60,288 bases of DNA from a virus (Duplodnaviria > Caudoviricetes): IMG/VR virus record IMGVR_UViG_3300050021_000294, positions 1 through 60,288 of that record. One strand, written 5' to 3'. Every line of letters starts with the position of its first letter. The stretch's first letter is position 1. A program made the translations under genes and the position numbers. Below the pieces are notes generated by a model. The model was not told the DNA's origin. It made no database searches and saw only the letters and a list, made by a program, of their open reading frames with translations. Shown one piece after another: positions 10,274 through 20,051 of the stretch.

Positions 10274-10650
10274 TCATATCGCCACCTCACAAGCAGCGGC
10301 ATAGAGTGTTGCGATCTCAGTAGACGACATCCCCAACACAGCGGCGATACTTGCCAATGTGGGTGAAGTCTGTGATACATCGGCAGCATCTGCCCATGCG
10401 ATCTGTGTTTTAAAATCAGCTGCAGCTACAGCCACATTGGCATCATCAAGTAGGGTTTTTCCTGCGTTTGTTGGTGAGGGTTGGTCAGAGAGAACGATCT
10501 TGATCTTCCACATGGCGATGGTGTCGGAGAGTGGTGGAGAGGGTATTACCGGATCTGGTAAGGGGATTGGCATTTCTCCATCAGGGCAGAATGTCATGAA
10601 GAACGCCGCCGCCTGCGCTGCATTCCCCGGCCCCCATTATACCCACTCAT
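10274..10650 (-). pseudogene. orphan tail-fibre chaperone-like gene, probably frameshifted near the 5' end
   Basis: C-terminal W..A..V..TSP.LA.IA.VLG.S..EI..L..AA motif of small tail chaperones; the likely ATG at 10650 is out of frame with the 107-aa ORF; visibly GC-richer than its flanks. Confidence 0.5.
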
Positions 10651-10696
10651 TTTAAAAACCCCAAGTTAATATTTCCTATAGACCAATTTAAAATAC

Positions 10697-10734
10697 TAGC
10701 GCAGTTGTGATACATTCACCTCACAACTGCGCTA
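10697..10734. terminator. hairpin terminator
   Basis: TAGCGCAGTTGTGA-N10-TCACAACTGCGCTA. Confidence 0.65.
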
Positions 10735-10747
10735 TTGATAGTAAAAT

Positions 10748-11296
10748 TTATGGAATTGTTGCAGTCGTGGCTGGAAGTTCCGCACCGACAACACCGTTGG
10801 TAACGTTGCGACATTTTGCAACAAACTGACCAATGGCCATTTTGAATGCTTGAAATTGTGCTGGGGTCAATGGATGAACACCAGTTGCACCAGGCCAGTT
10901 AACAACAGCCGCCCCATCAAGGAACAAGGTTCCTCCGGTCCCATCCAAAGCCTGTTGCTCTGACAACAACATCACGCCAACATTGTTATTTGAAGAATCG
11001 GTGACCACGGGAAAAGTGTCTGACCAGGCACCCGATGTGCTATTGATGATAATACCCTTGTTCAATAGAGCCTGTGCCTGTTGCACAGGTGTTTGAACCG
11101 GAGGTGTAACACCAGAAGAAAACACACCATCAACGAACTTCCAACCGGGTTTTACAGCCAATCCCGGTGGTACTGGTTGTGCACTAGCAATTTGTGCAGG
11201 TGATAAAAATCCACATTGAGCGATAGTCGATCCATCTGGAGGTGAACATAAATTAACAACAGTGCCTGTTGTATCAAGCAGTGCATAAAGAGACAT
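10748..11296 (-). CDS. tail fibre assembly/chaperone protein (DUF4376-like)
   Basis: YALLD..G.VVN, V.PGWKFVDGVF N-domain; C-terminus parallels 8597-9178 (QQAQALL..G..I.ST; LTPAQFQAF..AI). Confidence 0.65.
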   Translation of the reverse strand: MSLYALLDTTGTVVNLCSPPDGSTIAQCGFLSPAQIASAQPVPPGLAVKPGWKFVDGVFSSGVTPPVQTPVQQAQALLNKGIIINSTSGAWSDTFPVVTDSSNNNVGVMLLSEQQALDGTGGTLFLDGAAVVNWPGATGVHPLTPAQFQAFKMAIGQFVAKCRNVTNGVVGAELPATTATIP

Positions 11297-13038
11297 TATG
11301 CCATCCTCTCAATAATAATCGTACCCGAAATAGAAGTTGCATTTACATCTCTCAATGTTCCAAGCAATGTCCAGGGTGTGGTAGTATCGCCCCAATTTGA
11401 GAAACACGATGCTGGTCCACCAGTAATACCACTCGAATTCTTAATCATCTTTGCATTCGTATAAGTGCTGATCAAGAATTCATTCAGACTCGGTCCAATG
11501 CCATTTATAGTATCACCAGTACTAGGTCCGTAAAATAGATCGCAATAGAAACCACTGCTGGTACCAATACTAGCACCTGCAATAGGAGTTGAACTTAGAA
11601 ATGGTGGTACCGTTAGTGCGCCACCTGTTGTGGAATCACTATTTTCAATTACCCAACTTGAAAATGCATCTGTATAGTTACTATTATTCGGCTGAAGTCT
11701 CCAATTAGAATCGGCTGTATTTGATGTAGTAATAACACAAATTAATCGATAAATACCGGGTGTTGTTGCAACATTAAGTGGAATAGTTGAAACATTTGTA
11801 AATGTGATTGTAACTTGTTCATTTGCAACTAGTGCAAATGGTGCGGTTGGTGGTGTACTGACATCAAACTGATAAACACCGTCGTATGAACCAGTGCCGT
11901 CATTGGTGCCAGGAATTGTACCAGGGAAGTAATTCTGATTACCACCAGTTCCAGTATTGATAATACCACCAGTTGCTAGGGAATATCGAGATCCAGTTAC
12001 ATTGGATGCGCCAGCAAAGGTGAGCGCCCGAGTATCACTGGTACTATTAATGGAGATTAAAGCAAAACATTCATTCATGGTGATGAGTGTTGAAATGGTA
12101 ACTACAATAGAACCATTTGTGCAGAACAATCTCGATGCTTCAAGAAAACACCAGTGGATGTTGGCCGAACCAGAAATTGTATAACTGGATGCAATAATAA
12201 CTAATGCGTTCTGTCCTCCGGCGATGTGAAAGGTGTTGCATGTCCCAAAGATAATACCCGTACCAATGGTACAGGTCGAATTCTCGAGAAAGATACCATT
12301 ACCTTGTGCGCCGTTACCATAAGTTCCAATGGTGTTCAGGATAGTCATGTTGGAGATAAGTGCATTGGCACCATTGATGAAGTGAAGGGCACCGGCATTT
12401 CCCATCACTCCGGCAAATACCGTTGAAGGACCTACACCCGTAATGACGATTGATTGTGTTGAACCGAGTGGCATACCTGATAAAATAGTATTTGTCGTAT
12501 AAGTTGTACCATCAACTGAAATGGTGATCTGAAATCCAGCAGCATCAATCTCATTAGCAATAGATTGCCATGCATGTGATAATGTCGCCCAAGGGGCTCC
12601 AATCGCACCAGTTCCGACACCCGTGATATCGGATCCAGCTGCTGTTACATAAAAGGTCGTATTGGCCGTCAGTCGCTGACGAATGGTAGAAACAACCCCC
12701 GCAATAGCAGTTATAAGTGCGGCATTGATGGCTGTTGTAATTTCAGTTGTCAGAGATGTTGGTGAAACATCCGTGCCCACTAGAAGAGACAGTGCTGCTA
12801 CCTGAGATGATAAAGTAGCAACAGTATTCAAATAAAGTACAACAGGAAGATTGGCATACAACGTACTACCATCACCAATCTTGAGTGCTGTTGTATCCGT
12901 TGCATATACGACAAGACCAGCAGGAATTGCGATAGTAATAGTATTCCAAATAGCTTGAGTGCCACCGGCAAATTGTGTGATAGCATCAATCAATGCTAGA
13001 TTGGGGGCGCCGATAATAGATCCAGTACTACCACTCAT
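11296..13038 (-). CDS. tail fibre / receptor-binding protein
   Basis: DTTALKIGDG N-terminal anchor; RQRLTANTTFYV...PWATLSHAW segment and Gly/Thr/Asn-rich beta-helix-like region; AGGAG RBS before ATG 13038. Confidence 0.75.
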   Translation of the reverse strand: MSGSTGSIIGAPNLALIDAITQFAGGTQAIWNTITIAIPAGLVVYATDTTALKIGDGSTLYANLPVVLYLNTVATLSSQVAALSLLVGTDVSPTSLTTEITTAINAALITAIAGVVSTIRQRLTANTTFYVTAAGSDITGVGTGAIGAPWATLSHAWQSIANEIDAAGFQITISVDGTTYTTNTILSGMPLGSTQSIVITGVGPSTVFAGVMGNAGALHFINGANALISNMTILNTIGTYGNGAQGNGIFLENSTCTIGTGIIFGTCNTFHIAGGQNALVIIASSYTISGSANIHWCFLEASRLFCTNGSIVVTISTLITMNECFALISINSTSDTRALTFAGASNVTGSRYSLATGGIINTGTGGNQNYFPGTIPGTNDGTGSYDGVYQFDVSTPPTAPFALVANEQVTITFTNVSTIPLNVATTPGIYRLICVITTSNTADSNWRLQPNNSNYTDAFSSWVIENSDSTTGGALTVPPFLSSTPIAGASIGTSSGFYCDLFYGPSTGDTINGIGPSLNEFLISTYTNAKMIKNSSGITGGPASCFSNWGDTTTPWTLLGTLRDVNATSISGTIIIERMA

Positions 13039-13163
13039 ATAAAGAGACTCCTTAAAAGACACAACTAATCAGAAAGCCGAGATCATGCGATCTATATCAT
13101 GATTGAATTACAATGTTATAAAACCATCATATAGAATTACCCCAATTCCCCCGAGGGTTCACC

Positions 13164-14936
13164 ATGCCAATTAGAGATATTCTAATATCAGAAGCGTCTA
13201 GTGCAATTCTAGAACCAATTTCACAACAAGTTGTCTATTCTGTCCTTGGACGACTTGGTCTGGGAACTGCGGCATTTGGTGAAAATATCTACATTACGAA
13301 TGATTATACAAAGCCGTCACAAACCACCGGAGATGGGCACAATGCATTGATCTCAAAAGATCGATGCGATGTCAAAATGACAGTTGCTTGGAATCCTTCA
13401 GATACAAAATGGGATGTTAATTCCTTTAATTACACGCAGGCCTATGGTATATTTGGTAAATTAGATAATTCACTAACTGCGGTATTTCGAGATTCAATTG
13501 CTGATGTACAACTTACTGAACATCAAATACCTTGTTCTATGGTGTTGGAATTTTCACTACAATTTAAGAATCGAGAATCTGCATTTTCAACAATCAGTGT
13601 CATTAACAATACCAGTCTGAAAGACTCAGTTATTAATTATCACACGCTGTCCTATTCCTATCCAATTACCGACGACATGTTTAATTCTCTTTTTGAAATT
13701 TATCAACTGCGACAAGAATCTGTTGGTATGGATTTTTGGAACTATCTTAAGCGTTATTCAAAAGGCGCCGCACAATACATCCAACAGAGAACCGGATCAC
13801 AGATTGAACTAGTTATCAAACGACAAGATATTAGAGCAATGGGTGTATTGGATTATACCCAGAATGCTCCGACAGTACAAGAACAAGATCGCGGCATCGA
13901 CCGTTTTGTTGTAGATTTTACATATACCATTCAATTTGCCAGACCGGATGTTCTTCGACTTAAATTTCCTGTGACTGTTTGTAATAAACCAGTTCCAGAA
14001 TTTCTAGTACGTAAAAATACTGCAGATGAACTTTATTTTCTTCGTGGACAGTTTCAAGAACACAGTATTGGTGGCTACTTACGCACGCTTACCAACCCCT
14101 CCTCTGTGGTTGTGCGGATGCCTCCTTATGATGACTTCCGACCCCCATCGCAGCCAGCCATAGCTGCCGGATTTACAGAATTCTTTACTGCAGCACTCTA
14201 TCTAGATGACACCGCTACAACAACAATCGACCTGCTCAATCTGGGTGGCAATATCAAATTACACAATACCGCAATAGAGCTTATGCAACTACAAGGTTCT
14301 GAAATTTTTGGTACAACAGGATTATTTAATATTACAATCTACTGCAATGGTATTCCAGTAGATATATCGTGTTTATCAATCGATACCAATCTTGTTGTGA
14401 CTCTTGCCATGCAGGATAGATTGCGTAGATACCATTTGGTATTATCAGAAGCAACTGCCCTTAGATCGCTTGATGTAAAATGGTATCCGACATTTATTGC
14501 ACATCGAACATTCTTTCCTATTACATTGATTAAAAATCTACAAATGTTCATCAATAAGCATTATTTATACATCGATTCTCACAATGAAGTATTGCGATTG
14601 GTTAATCGTATGATTCAAACAATGAACATCGATAATCAAATTCAAATACTTATTACTGCTGGTCATTTAAATCACTATGCTTATTCCTATGCAACAACAG
14701 CAGAACAATTTGTTGAATATATAATCAATAAGCATTCTCCGGTATCCCATAAATCAGTTTATGATGAATATATAAAATTGTGTATTATTACAAATCTTAT
14801 CGTTGAGAGTCAATTATCTACTGGAAACTTACGTTCTCCCAAAGGACATCCAATGTTGCCTGTCAATCTTCGTGGAGTCACATCGACCTTCAATTTACCA
14901 TTGCGCATTGTAGATAGTGTTATTGTTGTAAAATGA
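13164..14936 (+). CDS. virion structural protein (possible tail terminator/neck type)
   Basis: First gene of a tightly packed operon resembling phiKZ-like structural blocks; FTYTIQFARP-type beta strands. Confidence 0.5.
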   Translation: MPIRDILISEASSAILEPISQQVVYSVLGRLGLGTAAFGENIYITNDYTKPSQTTGDGHNALISKDRCDVKMTVAWNPSDTKWDVNSFNYTQAYGIFGKLDNSLTAVFRDSIADVQLTEHQIPCSMVLEFSLQFKNRESAFSTISVINNTSLKDSVINYHTLSYSYPITDDMFNSLFEIYQLRQESVGMDFWNYLKRYSKGAAQYIQQRTGSQIELVIKRQDIRAMGVLDYTQNAPTVQEQDRGIDRFVVDFTYTIQFARPDVLRLKFPVTVCNKPVPEFLVRKNTADELYFLRGQFQEHSIGGYLRTLTNPSSVVVRMPPYDDFRPPSQPAIAAGFTEFFTAALYLDDTATTTIDLLNLGGNIKLHNTAIELMQLQGSEIFGTTGLFNITIYCNGIPVDISCLSIDTNLVVTLAMQDRLRRYHLVLSEATALRSLDVKWYPTFIAHRTFFPITLIKNLQMFINKHYLYIDSHNEVLRLVNRMIQTMNIDNQIQILITAGHLNHYAYSYATTAEQFVEYIINKHSPVSHKSVYDEYIKLCIITNLIVESQLSTGNLRSPKGHPMLPVNLRGVTSTFNLPLRIVDSVIVVK

Positions 14937-14960
14937 GATTGCCCGAAAAAGGAATATCAC

Positions 14961-16322
14961 ATGCCTCTCGCTGGTAGACGTGGGCCGCCAGAACCGCCTA
15001 TTGCGGATATTCTACTTCTACCCGTTGCCCAGGTAGAAGAATCTCTCATTGATCATCAACCTTATATCGAAGATACTTTTATCAATAAAACAGCATTCAA
15101 TCCAGAAACTTATGCCGATACGTTTAAATTATTACAACGATATTCTTCTGGTAGTCGTATTTCGGTTACCTATTTCTTACGTTCTACACCAACAAGTAGT
15201 GTACAGCGTGCCGATTCTATTGATCCTTCTTCATTGCGGAGTTCGACACAAACGAGTTATACTGAGATTAAACAATTTGAAATTGTTATACAGAGTAAAG
15301 GTTTACAGACTGGATTTAGTCAGGATAATCAAGAGTCTAAAATTACCGGCGAAGCTCTATTATATCCGGGTATGAAACCTCGTATTGGTGATCTATTCAT
15401 TACACCAATTGGAGACTCAACGTTTGGTATATTCCAAGTTACCAGTGTCGATCGACTCACTTATCGACAGGGTAGTAATCATAAAATCACTTTCTTTTTA
15501 AGAGAATATGCGAGTGATGATGGTGTTGCTATCATTCGCAGATCTGTTACTAAAACAGTTTGGTTTGATAAAGAAACCTATTTGGGAGATGCCACAACCC
15601 TCCTAAAAGAAGATAGTTACATCTGTCTCAAAACTATGCGTCAGATGCGAGGTATCTTAATTCGACACTACTACAATACTTTTTATGATAAACAGATGAA
15701 TAGTATCATTGCTCCCGATGGAACATATGATCCTTATCTGGTAAATTATCTGAATGGTAAAATTTCATTGATGGATTCTATTCATCGACCTGCTCAACTT
15801 TATCCAACCATTCTAAACTATGAGAATTGTATCTGGTCCAGATTAACTGAAGTAACGAATCGTACACTATTTGGATTACAAGCAGAAAATTCATTGGTCA
15901 GGTGCCGAGTGTCTCGTTGGGATGTTTCTATTACATCACTTGCCAATCGTGTTATGGTGTTAATTGACAATCCCAATAAGCAAGCAATGGAGGCACCAAC
16001 ACTAAGTCCAAACTACAATGTACCATCACCACCAACTCCAAGTGTCGTTCAATCATTACAACCAATTTCGACTGGATTGCCTTATGTTTTTTCAGCAAAC
16101 TTCTATGCTGGAGACAAAGTGGCAATGACGCCATTTGAATTTATGATCCATGCTGTTATTCAGGATCGAAAAATAATCAAACTGCGTGACTTCATCGACG
16201 GCTTTCTCAATCGTTATGCTGAACTTACTTATGCACAACAATACTATTACATTCCACTCTACCTATGGCTAATCGATGTTGGTATAGATGGTATTGGTGC
16301 TTCCGATTCCTTCATGACATAA
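14961..16322 (+). CDS. virion structural protein (possible head-closure/neck type)
   Basis: LYPGMKPRIGDLFI...GIFQVTSV pattern; YDPYLV motif seen in phiKZ-like virion proteins. Confidence 0.55.
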   Translation: MPLAGRRGPPEPPIADILLLPVAQVEESLIDHQPYIEDTFINKTAFNPETYADTFKLLQRYSSGSRISVTYFLRSTPTSSVQRADSIDPSSLRSSTQTSYTEIKQFEIVIQSKGLQTGFSQDNQESKITGEALLYPGMKPRIGDLFITPIGDSTFGIFQVTSVDRLTYRQGSNHKITFFLREYASDDGVAIIRRSVTKTVWFDKETYLGDATTLLKEDSYICLKTMRQMRGILIRHYYNTFYDKQMNSIIAPDGTYDPYLVNYLNGKISLMDSIHRPAQLYPTILNYENCIWSRLTEVTNRTLFGLQAENSLVRCRVSRWDVSITSLANRVMVLIDNPNKQAMEAPTLSPNYNVPSPPTPSVVQSLQPISTGLPYVFSANFYAGDKVAMTPFEFMIHAVIQDRKIIKLRDFIDGFLNRYAELTYAQQYYYIPLYLWLIDVGIDGIGASDSFMT

Positions 16323-16330
16323 GGTGTGAC

Positions 16331-16918
16331 ATGATCTATTTATCAGCAACCGACCATATCAACAAACATCCGTATTGTGTGCATGCTCCAGCTTACATTC
16401 AAAGTATTCACAAACCAATAATTGCTGGAGATTTATTTGCTCCAATATATGAAACATTTGATACCAATCAACAACAACGCATGATGATTCCAATTGCAAA
16501 AATGGTTGAACTGAGTATTAGTAATACGATCTTTACAATTATTGATGATTATGACGTTCTTTTAATTCTACATCAAATCGATGCCTATGTAAAAGAAGTA
16601 TATCAACTTATATCAGATAAACAAGTATCTTCTTATGTTGATCGAATTTTAAAACTTCGTATTCGAATATATACTTTATTTCGTCGGGTGTTAAATAGAC
16701 GACCGGATTGGAAAAAGGCATATGGTCATGGTAAAAATCTATTTGGTATGATTGAACAATTATATCAAGGTTTGGGTATTACCATGAATACTCCGTCCGC
16801 ACCACTCGACGAATTAGCAATGTGTCCAACTGTTCGTGCACATTCAGATCAGTTTAAACAAATATTAAGACCGGCTGTCATGTCAGAACTCGGTGATAAG
16901 ATCAATTACAATGTCTGA
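16331..16918 (+). CDS. conserved hypothetical jumbo phage protein
   Basis: In operon; AAGGTG RBS before ATG 16331. Confidence 0.6.
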   Translation: MIYLSATDHINKHPYCVHAPAYIQSIHKPIIAGDLFAPIYETFDTNQQQRMMIPIAKMVELSISNTIFTIIDDYDVLLILHQIDAYVKEVYQLISDKQVSSYVDRILKLRIRIYTLFRRVLNRRPDWKKAYGHGKNLFGMIEQLYQGLGITMNTPSAPLDELAMCPTVRAHSDQFKQILRPAVMSELGDKINYNV

Positions 16919-18293
16919 TACAGCATCTAATACAAATCTGAATGTAAGTGCTGCATTGTCTAATGCGATCAGTGCAGTACTGGCTCCCATATCCATCACA
17001 GAGTTTACTCTTGATGTACAGATCACCACACTCGATGATGCTGCCTATAGTTTTACTCCAGACTGGATTGATAAACTAACTATTACTCAATCATTTGCTG
17101 AGAATTTTGGTGATATTGTTATATTAGAATTTAAAGCAGCTCCAACTGATTATATGAAACTATTCGCCAATAGTAAGGGATTGCAAGTTGCTTTGAGAAT
17201 AGTCTATTATGATGCTCAATCAGCCCAACGCGTATTTACACCACCCCCGATTGCTAGAATATATAAAGCTATGTTGATGGATCCCCAAGATCTTTCAAAG
17301 AAGTACACAACTGGTTCACTCATGCCAACAGCATCGATGCCGAAGACCGAACAACATATTTCTACTCGTATTCCAACGAAGTTACGTTTAATTGAATCTG
17401 CGGTTTATACGATTCGTCAACAACAAGTTCATGGTATTTATAAAACTACAAAAATTGCAGATGTTATCTCTCACATTGCCCAAAGCTTTTCGATTAAACA
17501 ACTTTATATAATTCCACCAGATAACACGATGAAGTGGGATCATATTGTTATTCCCCCGGCTCAGGGAATTGATCAAATCTTCGACTTTCTTCAATACCAC
17601 CATGGTGTCTACATGAAGGGCATCGATTGGTATTTTACCAATAGTATCTTGTATGTATATCCAGCATATGAGAATAATCCAACTATTAAATACAAAGCTG
17701 ATATTTACAATGCCCCCTCGGGTAGTTATTCTGGTCTCCATTCCTATCACAATAGCGATCTTGCAAACAATAGACTTGGTATTGTTTCTACTACCAAAGT
17801 TAAAACATCTGATATTTCGAGACCCGCAGCTGAAAATGCCGGAAGTAACTTTAGTTTTGTTCGAGCCAGTTCTATTGTTGATAAGTTCGCAACAACAACA
17901 TCAAAAGGAACTTTTATCAACAACAATAATGCATTGACAGTTGGTACGACTATTAACCGAACTGCTAGCACGAATGCCAATAATCCTAGATATACAAAAA
18001 CCACTGATAATATTTTTGAAGAATCTTCAAAACTAGCAAAGTGGAGTGCTGTTCTAATAGAATGTGGATGGGGTCATGCTGTCCCATATCTACTCTATCC
18101 CGGTCACTCAATCCGATATCACTATGATAAGAATAGTGTTTTCACAACACAACAAGGTATTCTAGAACGAGTGGTCTATACCTTCAGTAGATCTCATCAA
18201 CTTACCAGTGGTTATACGTATTCTGGAAATGCCACATTAAATATACGGGCTGATTCTGACGTGACCAATGCGGTACAAACTCCAACTCTGTAA
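16911..18293 (+). CDS. virion structural protein, baseplate hub-like
   Basis: IADVI..IA / HIVIPPAQGIDQIFDFLQ..GVYMKG and W.HA.P.LLYPG patterns; overlaps the upstream stop. Confidence 0.55.
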   Translation: MSDTASNTNLNVSAALSNAISAVLAPISITEFTLDVQITTLDDAAYSFTPDWIDKLTITQSFAENFGDIVILEFKAAPTDYMKLFANSKGLQVALRIVYYDAQSAQRVFTPPPIARIYKAMLMDPQDLSKKYTTGSLMPTASMPKTEQHISTRIPTKLRLIESAVYTIRQQQVHGIYKTTKIADVISHIAQSFSIKQLYIIPPDNTMKWDHIVIPPAQGIDQIFDFLQYHHGVYMKGIDWYFTNSILYVYPAYENNPTIKYKADIYNAPSGSYSGLHSYHNSDLANNRLGIVSTTKVKTSDISRPAAENAGSNFSFVRASSIVDKFATTTSKGTFINNNNALTVGTTINRTASTNANNPRYTKTTDNIFEESSKLAKWSAVLIECGWGHAVPYLLYPGHSIRYHYDKNSVFTTQQGILERVVYTFSRSHQLTSGYTYSGNATLNIRADSDVTNAVQTPTL

Positions 18294-18403
18294 GTAAAAA
18301 AATACACAACGTCATTATACATATGTAATGGTTCATGGTGTTGGGTAATCCCCACACGTATGACATTCTACACCTTACCCATATGCCGCAGACAAGACAC
18401 CTC

Positions 18404-18433
18404 TCCAGGTCCTCCTGCAAGGGAGGACCTGGA
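18404..18433. terminator. bidirectional hairpin terminator
   Basis: TCCAGGTCCTCC-TGCAAG-GGAGGACCTGGA between convergent genes. Confidence 0.7.
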
Positions 18434-18457
18434 TGGTCGTACAATATAGAATTTAAA

Positions 18458-19609
18458 TCATTTACTTTTTATCAAAAGTTCTTTTAGTATGTTTTGTATT
18501 ACCTGACTGGTTCTTGTGCTACGACAGTTTTGCCAAGGTCTCATAGCATAAACAATTGGGACATCTCGACGTAAGTTTGTATGTAAATTCTTGGTTCCAA
18601 TAAAATCTGGTTGTAATTGATAAGCACTAAGAAGAATATTGAGCCAGCGTATATCCTTAAGAGTTTCCATCCAGAAGTTCTGACGATGATCTTCGATTGA
18701 GATTGTGTTAATGAGTGTTTCCAAATATGTCGGAATATTATCATCGGACAATAATAGACTTTGTACTAATACCGAAGGGTTTATCACACCACCTTGACAT
18801 GCTGAAATAGCAGAAGATATTTCTCTTAATGCAATAGGTAATTCAGTTCCTTGAAACCCATATCTGGTATCACCAGCTATTGTAGCAAGACATTGCTTCG
18901 GATCTGTTATAAACCAGGTTGGTTGTGATAACATCATCCCATAAATATTTGCCAACCATAGATCTTGTAGATCTTGTAATAATGGAGTTACCACATATCG
19001 ATGTAGATATTCTGGTTGTGGTAGGACCTGATCGCTCGTTCGTAGAAAAGTAACATATTGCAATACCAATGCCACAACATCAATCGTCATAACGGCTCGG
19101 GTTGGTGGTTGTGATGAAAAAACAATCTGATCTTGATAGGTAGCAAAAGTAAGTTCTTGACTATCTATATCAACCAAACGTAGTGGTTTAACCGATTGCC
19201 ATTTATCCCATCCAAGATCGAATGGAAGATCATCTGGTGGATCTTGACATGTTACTGGAATAAAGAACTCTTCCGTATGTACAGCAGATCTACGAATCGC
19301 CATATCATAAAACGACAATCCGGTTGTTACCGCATCAAAAATAGCATTGAGTCCTGGTGCTGTATAGACTAATATATCAAAATAACAATCGGCATCATTG
19401 CTCTTGGATAGTAATGTGGGAATATCGGCATCAGCCAGGATTTTACGTAGCAATACAACGAGATTGCTTTCATAACCTGGTGCATTATCACTACGGTCTT
19501 GCTGCAGTACGCGACGTGTATTTAGCGTTTCGATATATTGTTTTAGATGAGGCATGACACGTGGTTTACTATTTACAAAGAGATAGTTCTCAATCCCTCT
19601 AAATAACAT
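18458..19609 (-). CDS. putative virion structural protein
   Basis: W..VKPLR..D and IDVVALVLQY motifs resemble a conserved phiKZ-like virion family. Confidence 0.5.
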   Translation of the reverse strand: MLFRGIENYLFVNSKPRVMPHLKQYIETLNTRRVLQQDRSDNAPGYESNLVVLLRKILADADIPTLLSKSNDADCYFDILVYTAPGLNAIFDAVTTGLSFYDMAIRRSAVHTEEFFIPVTCQDPPDDLPFDLGWDKWQSVKPLRLVDIDSQELTFATYQDQIVFSSQPPTRAVMTIDVVALVLQYVTFLRTSDQVLPQPEYLHRYVVTPLLQDLQDLWLANIYGMMLSQPTWFITDPKQCLATIAGDTRYGFQGTELPIALREISSAISACQGGVINPSVLVQSLLLSDDNIPTYLETLINTISIEDHRQNFWMETLKDIRWLNILLSAYQLQPDFIGTKNLHTNLRRDVPIVYAMRPWQNCRSTRTSQVIQNILKELLIKSK

Positions 19610-19865
19610 CTTGTAAAACTTTCAGTTGGTTCATTTTTTACAATGAGCTAAAATGGTATGATCGAAGTATCCCACTTCGAGTACAATCCATCTAATTCTT
19701 TCCATAGAATGGACATCCCTTCAATTGATACCGATACTGAGTAGCTAATTATAAGACAAATAATTAATTACACACCCCTAATTATTATATGGGACATAAT
19801 CGCATTTCGAAAGAAATGTGTTTATGATAAACCCCACACATTATGCAAAAATTTCAATCTGCTTT

Positions 19866-19879
19866 TAGGTATATATTAC
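19866..19879 (+). promoter_or_regulatory. early promoter of the putative chimallin gene
   Basis: TAGGTATATATTAC, containing the phiKZ early consensus TATATTAC. Confidence 0.7.
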
Positions 19880-19890
19880 CTAGTTGTAAG

Positions 19891-20050
19891 ATCGAGAATT
19901 CCTGTTCTTGCAATTCGATAATGTGCAACCAAGCTGTCCATCCAACAGCTTTTCATGACTACGAAGTTTATCGATTCTAAGTTTGGAGGAGAGCTACTCC
20001 GAATGACCAACTGTCTTTTCGTGTGCACGTTACTCTTGAAAGGTTGAGTC
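19891..20050 (+). promoter_or_regulatory. structured 5' leader
   Basis: Nested stems: TAATGTGCA/TGCACGTTA, AAGCTGT/ACAGCTT, ACGAAG/TTTCGT, TTTGGAG/CTCCGAA, plus ACTC/GAGT around the SD. Confidence 0.5.
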
Positions 20051-20051
20051 C

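Noticed and set aside
18310-18385. Possible small structured RNA between convergent virion genes
   Set aside because: Only short imperfect stems in AT-rich DNA; no promoter or convincing second copy to support it
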